Shown here in pieces: positions 1 through 8,800 of a DNA stretch of 64,000 nt. Origin of the DNA: an uncultured Thiodictyon sp. (GTDB lineage Bacteria > Pseudomonadota > Gammaproteobacteria > Chromatiales > Chromatiaceae); assembly GCF_903837595.1 (NCBI RefSeq), contig NZ_CAILVI010000494.1, forward strand, positions 2,551 through 66,550, given 5' to 3'. A program made the translations under genes and the position numbers. Below the pieces are notes generated by a model. That model saw only the letters and a program-made list of their open reading frames with translations, searched no databases and had not been told where the DNA came from. Every line of letters starts with the position of its first letter. Positions within the stretch are counted from its first letter, which is position 1.

Positions 1-775
1 CCGCCGCCGCGCGCAGCCCGGCAAACAGCGCCTTCACGCCGGCACAGTCATAGTCGGTCTGGGGCCATTTGAAGTAGCCACCGCAGGGCCTGAGGTAAGG
101 GCAGCCGCGGCACTCGGCCCCGTCGGCAACCAGGGTATCGCACCAAGTGGTGACTGACGCCGGCCCCTGGTCGGGTGACACTGTTCCCTGGTCGTCCAGG
201 ATGCGGATCTCGTCCGGGTCTTGCTCCAGGAGCGACCAAAGGCCGAGCGGGGAGTCGTTCAGGAACCCGAGCAACACCGAGTGAAAGGGCTCCACCGGCC
301 GGGCCACCGTGGTGTTATGCAGATAACCGTCGAGAGCCTGCAGGGCCTCAGTGACACCGTCGGGCGTCGGCTGATGGCCGAGCAGTCGGACCGAGAACCC
401 AAGCGAGACGGCCAACTTGACGGCCCGGGCCAGACCGGGCATCAAGGGTATCGTCACCCGCACCGGGTGGCGGTCAATCAAGCCGGTGCAGCGGTAGAGT
501 AAGGGGAGTTCGGTCGCCGGGTCGGCCATGACCAAATCCAGCGCCAGACCGTCGCCCCAATCCGCGAGCGGCGCCAGGTCCTGGGTCAGGTCCGTGACCT
601 GCAGGAACGCCACCTCCGCCGGGACCTCAGGTCCAAGCAGTTGCGGGGCCTCGCCAGGGTCGGCGGTCCGCAGAGCCACCGGGCGTCCTGGAAAGGCGCG
701 AAACAGGGCGACGGGGATATTGAAAAGGACTAAGTCCGGATGGTCCCCGGGAGGGATCGCTGTCTGGTTGGTCAT
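1..775 (-). CDS. SPASM/twitch-like Cys-cluster protein, partial (3' end beyond window edge; not in supplied ORF track)
   Basis: Manual minus-strand translation from ATG at 775 stays open to position 1: MTNQTAIPPGDHPDLVLFNIPVALF...TTWCDTLVADGAECRGCPYLRPCGGYFKWPQTDYDCAGVKALFAGL. The C-x9-C-x2-C-x5-C-GG...C pattern resembles the auxiliary Fe-S (SPASM) domain. No CxxxCxxC motif occurs in the ~258 visible residues. Lies 96 nt downstream of the Gly-rich peptide gene on the same strand. Confidence 0.5.
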   Translation of the reverse strand, partial: MTNQTAIPPGDHPDLVLFNIPVALFRAFPGRPVALRTADPGEAPQLLGPEVPAEVAFLQVTDLTQDLAPLADWGDGLALDLVMADPATELPLLYRCTGLIDRHPVRVTIPLMPGLARAVKLAVSLGFSVRLLGHQPTPDGVTEALQALDGYLHNTTVARPVEPFHSVLLGFLNDSPLGLWSLLEQDPDEIRILDDQGTVSPDQGPASVTTWCDTLVADGAECRGCPYLRPCGGYFKWPQTDYDCAGVKALFAGLRAAA

Positions 776-870
776 GCTTAACTGGCTCCCCGCGGCGCCA
801 GTGCGCGGCATTCAAGGCCGGCACCCGGGACCGCAGTCCCGGTGCCGGCCGGATGGGAATAACGCCTCGC

Positions 871-1221
871 TCAGCGCCGGTTGATCCAACCCCCGCCACC
901 GCCGCCATGGCGGTTGGCCCAACCTCCGCCACCATGGCGGTTGACCCAGCCGCCACCACCACCGCCGTTGCGGTTAACCCAACTGCCGCCGCCATAACCG
1001 CCACCATGGCGGTTGACCCAACCGCCACCACCGCCGCCACGACGGTTAATCCAACCCGCCTCGGCATCCGATTCGGGTAAGGCCAGGCCGCCAAACACGG
1101 CCGCGCCGATCACGATCTTCGACCAGCGGCCCAGTCCGATCAGAAAGCTCCGACGACTATGCAGTTCCTCCTCCGCCGCGTACGCCGCGGGCCCCGGTTC
1201 AGTCATGGATGTGTCGCTCAT
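871..1221 (-). CDS. Tat-signal glycine-rich repeat peptide with six G(n)-W-x-N-R units; putative RiPP precursor
   Basis: SD GAGAGGA sits upstream of the ATG. Twin-arginine motif HSRRSFLIGL is followed by a hydrophobic stretch. The tail is GWINRR GGGGGGWVNRH GGGYGGGSWVNRN GGGGGGWVNRH GGGGWANRH GGGGGGWINRR. Confidence 0.7.
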   Translation of the reverse strand: MSDTSMTEPGPAAYAAEEELHSRRSFLIGLGRWSKIVIGAAVFGGLALPESDAEAGWINRRGGGGGGWVNRHGGGYGGGSWVNRNGGGGGGWVNRHGGGGWANRHGGGGGGWINRR

Positions 1222-1401
1222 TGGTGATCCTCTCAGTCTTGCGGTTTCTCGATGCTAACAGTGCGACCGGCGCCGCGCACCCGGTAACTCTTGTGGGTAC
1301 ACGCCGGATCATGTTCCGCTGAATCACAAAGATCGCCGGAGACGATAGCCGCTGCGCGGGCGGCGCGGCGCGTGACGCCCCCGCCCAGGGGCAGACCGAC
1401 G

Positions 1402-2475
1402 CTACCCCTGAACCAATAGATTACGCAGGTCGATGACCGCCGCGTTGGCCCGCGAGATATAGGACGCCATCACCAGCGAGTGATTGGCCATGGGCCCGAA
1501 GCCGGTGCCGTTTAGGATCATCGGGCTCCAGATCGTGTTCTGGGTATTTTCCAGCTCACGGATGATCTGCTTGATCGACACCACTGCATTCTTGTTCTGG
1601 AGCACCGGGGCGAAGTCGATCTCCATCGCCTTGAGGCTCTGGAGCAGTGCCCAGGTATAGCCGCGCGCCTCGAAGAAATAGTCGTCGATCTTTCGCCAGG
1701 GGGTCTTGGTCCGCGACTGGGCGGGGACCGGCGTCGACTGGCGGGCGTTCGGGTCACCGGCCAAGGCGGTGTCGAGTTGGTTCTGACCCACGGCATAGGA
1801 CAGTCGCTGCCCCAGACTGCCCAGTCGCTTGCTGACCACCTGCAGGTAGGCGGTCAGATTGTCGGCGCGGGCAAAGAACTGACCGTCGTACTGCTTTGCG
1901 TCTGAGAGCCGCCGCAGATAGCGCTGCAGCCACGCAACACCGCTGCGGTACTCAGACTCAGAGGAAGGGAAGATCCAGGACTCGTTGTCGTAATTGAACT
2001 TAGGCTCGGCCTGCTGGAGGTCGGGGTCTTCCACCGATTGACTCTGAGACCGCGCGAAGTCGTTGCGTAGCGCACTGGTCAGGTCGCGCAGCTCGGTCAG
2101 GGCACCGAACTCCCAGTTCGGGATATTGTCCAGGTAGACGCCGGGCGGGGCGATGTCGTTGCTCAGATAGCCGCCGGGCTTGTCCAGCAGGGTCGCGGCG
2201 ATCCCGATGGCCGTGGCCGTGGTCACGGCGCCGGTCACCAACTTGGCCGGGTCGTTGCCGACCAGCTTCAGGGCGTTTTCCCGCACGTCGAACGGGCCTG
2301 GCGAGCGCGACCACAGGACCCCCAGGATCACCACCACCACCAGATAAGTGATCAGAAAAAGCCCCGCAGTCCACCACAGGCCCTTCTCTTTCCAGGTGCG
2401 GGGGTGATACATCGTCACCAGCTTGGCGACGGACTCGGCCAACCGCGGCAGTCGCGCTGACAATGGCTCGTTCAT
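1402..2475 (-). CDS. DUF2333-like membrane-anchored protein
   Basis: Start chosen at the internal ATG (MNEPLSARL) with a GAGGAG SD. One N-terminal TM segment (WWTAGLFLITYLVVVVILGVLW). The YLDNIPNWEFGALTELRDL region is recalled as typical of DUF2333; family assignment is from memory only. Confidence 0.55.
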   Translation of the reverse strand: MNEPLSARLPRLAESVAKLVTMYHPRTWKEKGLWWTAGLFLITYLVVVVILGVLWSRSPGPFDVRENALKLVGNDPAKLVTGAVTTATAIGIAATLLDKPGGYLSNDIAPPGVYLDNIPNWEFGALTELRDLTSALRNDFARSQSQSVEDPDLQQAEPKFNYDNESWIFPSSESEYRSGVAWLQRYLRRLSDAKQYDGQFFARADNLTAYLQVVSKRLGSLGQRLSYAVGQNQLDTALAGDPNARQSTPVPAQSRTKTPWRKIDDYFFEARGYTWALLQSLKAMEIDFAPVLQNKNAVVSIKQIIRELENTQNTIWSPMILNGTGFGPMANHSLVMASYISRANAAVIDLRNLLVQG

Positions 2476-2618
2476 AGGGGCTCCTCTCTTTAAGGTCAGT
2501 GCATTACCGAAGGGATGCAGTGGCACGCCCGGCGCGGTTGGCGACACGGCTGCCGCCGGCGCCAGCCGGGGCGCACTCGCGCAACAGTATATGCAATCGC
2601 GGGTGCGCCGCCGCAATG

Positions 2619-3050
2619 TCAGGGCGCGGGAGGTACCTTCTCGCTCACCGCTTGCCCGACGGTCCCGGCATAAAACACCGCCAGCTTGACCGGCACAGTG
2701 CCGACATTGCGTCCGTTGTGCACGGTGTTGACCACTTCCGCGAGTGCCTGGCCTGCCTCCAGATGGTTCACCAAACCGGCTTCCGTCGTGACCTCCAGGG
2801 TGCCCTGTAACACGAAGGCAAAGGACGGGACCGGGTGCCGATGCCAGCCGGTTTCCCCTCCCGGGGCGATCTCAATCTGCAGCGCGGTAACTTGCGCCGG
2901 CCCGGACGGATAGGCCAGCGGCGCGCCGTTCCAAGTGGTCGTGGTCTTCAGCAAGGGGGTCACCTGCACCGTCGTGCTCGCATCCAGCGCCGCCGCGCCC
3001 CGCACGCCGAGCACCAACGCCAACGCGACGATCGCCGATTGCATCTTCAT
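2619..3050 (-). CDS. Secreted cupin-domain protein
   Basis: Start at MKMQSAIVALALVLG (signal peptide) with SD GGGAGAGG. Cupin motifs GETGWHRHP and NTVHNGRN. Confidence 0.7.
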   Translation of the reverse strand: MKMQSAIVALALVLGVRGAAALDASTTVQVTPLLKTTTTWNGAPLAYPSGPAQVTALQIEIAPGGETGWHRHPVPSFAFVLQGTLEVTTEAGLVNHLEAGQALAEVVNTVHNGRNVGTVPVKLAVFYAGTVGQAVSEKVPPAP

Positions 3051-3307
3051 GTCGTTTGCCTCTCCCATTGAAACAGGACAACAACGCAACTTGACCCGCC
3101 GCTGGCAACGACGGGGTCAGCCATAGACGGCAAGCATAGCCGGTCGGCGGCGGCTGCGCAGGACGACGCGCAGCAAAATGGGTATGATGACCACACTGCG
3201 TGGTCTTTGCGACGGCACCGCGGACGCCAGCCACCTACCAGGGCGGCACCAACGCTCGCCCCTTGCCTGCCGCCACGCGCCCTGTCGCCCCGCCCGCCGG
3301 ACCTCAG

Positions 3308-4234
3308 ATGCCTTCGACCGACCCGACCCTGCCGCCTGCATCCTATGTCACGGGCGCACTTTGGGGGCTGTTCGCCATTTCGATCTGGGTGGGCTGGATC
3401 CTGTTGACCCGCTTCGGCGTGACCACCTCACTCTCACCCTTCGATATCACGGCACTGCGGTTCGGCTGTGCCGGTGCGCTGCTATTGCCGATCGTCATCC
3501 GCCAAGGGTTCGCGGTGCGCCAGGTCGGCCTGCCGCTCTTGGCGGTGATCTGTGCGGGCGCCGGGGTGCCCTATGTACTCATCGCCTCCGGTGGACTGCA
3601 ATTTGCGCCGGCCGCCCACGCCGGTGCACTGATCCCCGGCACCATGCCCCTGTGGACCGCGGCGCTCGCGATGCTCTTTCTGCACGAACCGATTTCGGAG
3701 TCGCGTCGGGTCGGGCTGCTGTTGATTCCGGTCGGCATTGTGATCTTCGTCGGCGCCGGTCTGACCGACTTCGCCGCGGGCTGGTGGCGCGGCCACCTGC
3801 TGTTTCTCCTGGCGGCCCTGTGTTGGGCCAGCTTCACGGTGGCCATGCGCCGCGCCGGAGCCAAGGGTTTCACGGCATTACACGCCGCCGCCGTCGTCTC
3901 AGTCGTGTCCGCGGCCTGGTATTTGCCGGTCTACGCACTGTGGCTGCCGCACCGCCTGGCCGCCGCACCCTGGAGCGCACTCATCATCCAGACTGTCTAT
4001 CAGGGCGTGTTCGTGGCGATCGTTTCGCTGTATGCCTACACCAGGGCGGTCGGCATTCTGGGGGCCTCGTTGGGCGCCAGCTTCGCCTCACTGGTCCCGG
4101 TGCTGGCGATGCTGGCGGCGATACCGCTGCTCGGTGAAACGCCCAAACCGGTCGATTACATCGGAATTGCGGCGGTCACCTTAGGTGTTTTTTTGTCCAG
4201 CGGCGCCTATCAGGCAATGGCTAGGCGGCGCTGA
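3308..4234 (+). CDS. DMT/EamA-family transporter
   Basis: About ten hydrophobic segments forming two EamA-like halves. Start set at ATG 3308 (MPSTDPTL) ahead of the first TM segment. Confidence 0.8.
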   Translation: MPSTDPTLPPASYVTGALWGLFAISIWVGWILLTRFGVTTSLSPFDITALRFGCAGALLLPIVIRQGFAVRQVGLPLLAVICAGAGVPYVLIASGGLQFAPAAHAGALIPGTMPLWTAALAMLFLHEPISESRRVGLLLIPVGIVIFVGAGLTDFAAGWWRGHLLFLLAALCWASFTVAMRRAGAKGFTALHAAAVVSVVSAAWYLPVYALWLPHRLAAAPWSALIIQTVYQGVFVAIVSLYAYTRAVGILGASLGASFASLVPVLAMLAAIPLLGETPKPVDYIGIAAVTLGVFLSSGAYQAMARRR

Positions 4235-4430
4235 GACGGGACGCCGCCCGCAGCGCACCTGGTTTGCCTAGCCCGGGCCAACACCCGATAATAATCGGTT
4301 TGCCAGGCGCTGAGGTGTCCGGGGTTGCGGCCGCGGACGCCTAACCGCGCGTTTGCGCGGTTGTCTGGCCGTCGCCGGACACCCAGTTGCCGGATCAATC
4401 AGGCCGAAAGGTCCCGTCGAGGAAGACTGC

Positions 4431-5300
4431 ATGCAGCAAGCAAGCGAATCCACACCCGAGTCCAGGCCCAGTGATGCACCCTGCTGCGCGCCGGGCATCG
4501 CCGACGTGCAGGCGAGTGCGGACACCCGCCGTATCGCCATCGACCGGGTCGGAATCAAGGATATCCGCCACCCGGTGCGGGTGCGCGACCGCGGCGGCCT
4601 GGAGCAGCACACGGTGGCCAACTTCAACATGTACGTGTACCTGCCCCACAATTTCAAGGGCACGCACATGTCACGCTTCGTGCAAATCTTAAACAGCCAT
4701 GAGCGCGAACTGAGCGTGGATGCCTTCACAGAGATGCTCAAGGAGATGTCCGCCCGGCTGGAGTCCGCGGCCGGCCATATCGAGATGCGCTTCCCCTTTT
4801 TCGTGAACAAGCGCGCGCCAGTGACCGGTGTCGAGAGCCTACTGGACTACGAGGTGACCTTCATCGGCGAGATCCGCGACGGCGTCCCGACCCTGGAGAT
4901 CAAGGTAGTGGTGCCGGTGACGAGCCTCTGCCCCTGCTCCAAAGAGATCTCCGCCTACGGCGCCCACAACCAGCGCTCGCATGTGACGGTGCAGGTGCGC
5001 ACCCGCGGCTTCATCTGGATCGAGGACATCATCGAGCTGGTGGAGCGCGAGGCCTCATCCGAGCTCTATGGGCTATTGAAACGCCCGGACGAGAAATTCG
5101 TCACCGAGCACGCCTATGACAACCCCAAGTTCGTGGAAGACATGGTGCGCGACGTGGCCACCCGCCTCAATGCCGATGAGCGGGTGGCGGCCTATGTGGT
5201 GGAGTCCGAGAACTTCGAGTCGATCCACAACCATTCCGCCTATGCACTGATCGAGCGCGACAAAGAGGCGGAGGCGCGGATCGCGGAGGCGTCGCTCTAA
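4431..5300 (+). CDS. folE2: GTP cyclohydrolase FolE2 (type IB)
   Basis: Matches recalled FolE2/MptA hallmarks: [54 protein letters not shown] 4431 follows a GAGGAAG SD. Confidence 0.9.
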   Translation: MQQASESTPESRPSDAPCCAPGIADVQASADTRRIAIDRVGIKDIRHPVRVRDRGGLEQHTVANFNMYVYLPHNFKGTHMSRFVQILNSHERELSVDAFTEMLKEMSARLESAAGHIEMRFPFFVNKRAPVTGVESLLDYEVTFIGEIRDGVPTLEIKVVVPVTSLCPCSKEISAYGAHNQRSHVTVQVRTRGFIWIEDIIELVEREASSELYGLLKRPDEKFVTEHAYDNPKFVEDMVRDVATRLNADERVAAYVVESENFESIHNHSAYALIERDKEAEARIAEASL

Positions 5301-5836
5301 GCATTGCAATCCGGGTGACTTCGTCGCGCCTGGGGGCCGCGCCTACCGCCGCAGCAGCGGTCCCCAGGCCGCGACGGGTGGTCGCAAGGCGTTGGGCCTG
5401 CCGCCGGAAAGCCAAGCCATGGAGGGCTTGGGCGGGACCGCTGTCACGCGACCACCCATCGCCTACCCCGCCAGAGGCAAGAATAAGACCAGACCATTAT
5501 CGTTGGTCATTGGTGCTGCTCGCTTTTTCTGACGCGTAAAGGTTGCCAAGCGCGCTCAACCCTGATGTAAACGGGGGCGTTCAGGTCCCCGCGCCGGGTT
5601 GGACGGCCTAAGCCGCTGCACCATCCGTCGCTGACCCGGTGCCATTGGCAGTGCCGAGCCCATCAAGACCGGCTGGCCGGGACCACTGCAAACAATAGAT
5701 GTAGCACGCAGCCAACGACACGCGCAGCGAGGGGGATGAGTCATGTCCGTCCGATCTGTTTGGCACCGTTCTATGCAGGGCACCCGATACGCCGGAGCCA
5801 TCGGCTTCTGTTCGATCATGGTCCTTTGCCTGACGC

Positions 5837-8800
5837 TTGGCGGCGCCCTGGTGCGGACGGAATTCGCTCGCGGTGGCCGCAACACCGGCGGTGACCGAGC
5901 AGGCGCTGCGCGATCGGGTCTCGATCGCTGGGTGGGTGCAGGTGCGGGTGGACCTGAACGCACCGGCAGGCGCCGCGGTGCCCCCCCTGCCGGCCGACTG
6001 GGACCAGGCGGCGCAGGACCTGTTGCTCGGATTGACCGCCGGGTCCTACGACTCGCCGCTGCATGTGCCGGGCGAGGCCAGCCTTACGGTGCGGGTCAAT
6101 GCCACTGCGCTGAACCAGCTGCTGACCTCGCCTCTGGTGGCGGCGGTTGCCGCGGGGGGCAATGCGGATATGCGGCGGTTGGCTGCTGGGAACGTACATA
6201 GCCTGTTTATCGACGCCACTGGCGACCTGTGGGCCTGGGGGGATAATTGGTATGGCCAGCTCGGCGATAATACGACCACAAACCGCGAAAGTCCGGTTCA
6301 TGTGCTAACCGACGTCGCGGCCGTGGCGGCCGGGACTTTCCACTCCCTGGCCATCAAGACCGACGGCAGCCTGTGGGCCTGGGGCAATAACGCGAATGGC
6401 GAACTCGGTCACGACACTGGGATCAATAGTCTAGTTCCGGTCCAGATTATGACCGGGGTTGTGGCCGTGGCGGCCGGACATAATCACACGCTGGCAATCA
6501 AGAGTGATGGTAGCCTGTGGGCGTGGGGATCGAATACATGTGGCAAGCTTGGTATCGCCACGAGTACGGGGCTACCCGCCCAGGTCATGACCGGGGTTGC
6601 GGCCGTGGCGGGCGGAGCGCCATACACGCTGGCAGTCAAGACCGATGGCAGCCTGTGGGCCTGGGGGTGCAACTTGGCTGGCTCGCTCGGAGACGGCACG
6701 ACTACGGATAGTCTGATTCCGATCAAGGTCCTGACCGGAGTTGCGAACGTGACGTCTGGGGGGGGCGACAGCTTCGCCGTTATGACAGACGGTAAACTGT
6801 TGGCCTGGGGGGCGAATAACTCAGGCCAGGTCGGTGACGGTACGATCACGACTAGCCCGAATCCGATCGAGGTCCTAACCGGAGTCGTGGCCGCAACCGG
6901 AGGAAAACAAGATCATACCCTGGCCCTGAAGACCGACGGCAGTCTGTGGGCTTGGGGGTCCAACGCGGTTGGCCAACTTGGCGTTGGTGCCTTCGACAAT
7001 GGGATCCACCCGACCACCCCGGTCCAGGTAATGACCGGGATCGCGGCTATGGCGGCTGGGGGGTTCCACAGCCTTGCCTTGACGACAGACGGTCAACTCT
7101 TGGCCTGGGGGTTTAATCCCGGAGGTCAGCTCGGTGACGGTACGACGATCGATCGTTCGAGTCCGGGGGGCGTCCGCAGATTTGGTCAACTACCCGACTT
7201 TGTGGTCGCCAGTGTCTTACTGACGCCTGGTAGTCCGAGTATCAACGGCACCTTCAGTGCCGATGTGACGGTGACGAACCAGGGCATGGTGGTCGGCGAG
7301 CCGGGGACACTCCAAATCTGGGCCAACGAGTCCGCGCCGCAGGGCTGCCCGGCCCTGGGCGATCAAGCCGCGACCCTGAGGCGTCTCGCGGTGGACGAGA
7401 GCCAGACCGTTACCTTTAGCCTGTCGTCGGGGGTCGGTGGCCCCAAGATGCTGCGCGCCTTCATCAACAGTGACTGCTCAGTTGCGGAGGCCGACACCAC
7501 CAACAACCAGACCGTCCAGTCCTACACGGTCGTGGCCCCCGATTTCGTGGTAACCGCCGTCACCCTGACGCCGAGCAGCCCAAGCGCCAATGGCACCCTC
7601 GACGCCGCGGTGACGGTAACGAACCAAGGTATGGCCCCCGGCAATCCGGGGACACTCCGGGTCTGGGCCGACCAGACCGACGCGCAGTTCTGCGGCGCGG
7701 TGGGTGACCAATCGGCGACGCTGCCGAGCCTCGCGGTCGGCGAGAGCCAGACGATCACGGTCAGCGGTCTGCCGGCAGGTGTGGCCGGCGCCAAGACCCT
7801 GCGCGCCTTCATCGATAGCCAATGCCAGACCACGGAGAGCGACGAGACCAACAACCAGCAGGCCACCCCCTACACCGTGGTGCCGCAGGACATCGACCTG
7901 GCAGTGAGCGCGGTGGTGTTGAAACCGCGCAGCCCGGTGCCTGGCGGGACCTTCGACGTCAGTGTGACGGTGACCAACAAGGGCACGGTGGCCACCGCGT
8001 CCGGGGCGCTGCTCCAGGTCTGGGCCGACCAGTCCGCGGTGCAGGACTGTGGCGCCATCGGCGACCAATCCGCCACCCTGCCAAGCCTGGCGGCGGGTGC
8101 CAGCCAGTCCGTCACCTTTACCGGTCTGCCGGCCGGTGCGCTCGGGGCCAAGACCCTGCGCGCCTTTGTCGACAGCGCTTGTGCGACCCCGGAAACGGAG
8201 GAGGCCAACAACCAGAGCGCGACGGCCTATCACGTGTCGGCACCGGCCCCTGACTTTTCGGTGAGCGAGATCGTGGTCAATCCGCATACCGCACCGGTCA
8301 ATGGCACCTTCGAGGCCAAGATCACGGTGACCAATGGGGGTACCGCGGATGGGGCGGCAGGAACCCTGCAAGTATGGGCCGATCAACCCGCGGTGCAGAC
8401 CTGCGGTGCTGTCGGCGACCAGTCAGTCGCCCTGCCGACCCTGGCGGCGGGTGCCAGCCAGACCTTTACCGTCACCGGCCTGCCTGCCGGCGCGCTCGGG
8501 GTCAAGTCCCTGCGCGCCTTTGTGGACAGCGCCTGTTTGACGGCAGAGACCGACGAGACCGACAACCAGACGGTCATCGGCTATCCGGGCGGCAATGCGG
8601 ATATGCGGCGGCTGGCGGCGGGTTGGGGGCAGAGTCTGTTTATCGATGCTGCCGGCGACCTGTGGGCCTGGGGGCAGGGTGTTGCGGTCGGTGACGGCAC
8701 TTGGAACAATCGCTCGAATCCGGTCCGCGTCCTGACTGGGGTCGCGACCGTCGTGTCGGGAGAGGCTCATACCGTCGCTCTCAAGACCGACGGTAGTCTG

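Noticed and set aside
627-1094. ORFs 627..1094 (-) and 853..1080 (+), which overlap the Gly-rich repeat region
   Set aside because: These are alternative-frame readings of the GGN/CCN-rich repeat DNA (Ala/Val/Thr/Pro runs). The 871..1221 frame has the SD, a Tat signal and a regular repeat structure.
4235-4430. Possible Zur box or riboswitch upstream of folE2 (CCGAT-AATA-ATCGG and the hairpin AACCGCGC-GTTT-GCGCGGTT)
   Set aside because: The short inverted repeats do not match the Zur consensus I know. The hairpin is more simply a terminator-like structure after the EamA gene. The evidence is not sufficient.
5556-5963. 135-aa minus-strand ORF in the gap upstream of the giant gene
   Set aside because: It is Arg/Pro-rich with no SD or motif. 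It overlaps the plus-strand signal-peptide ORF, which has a strong SD.
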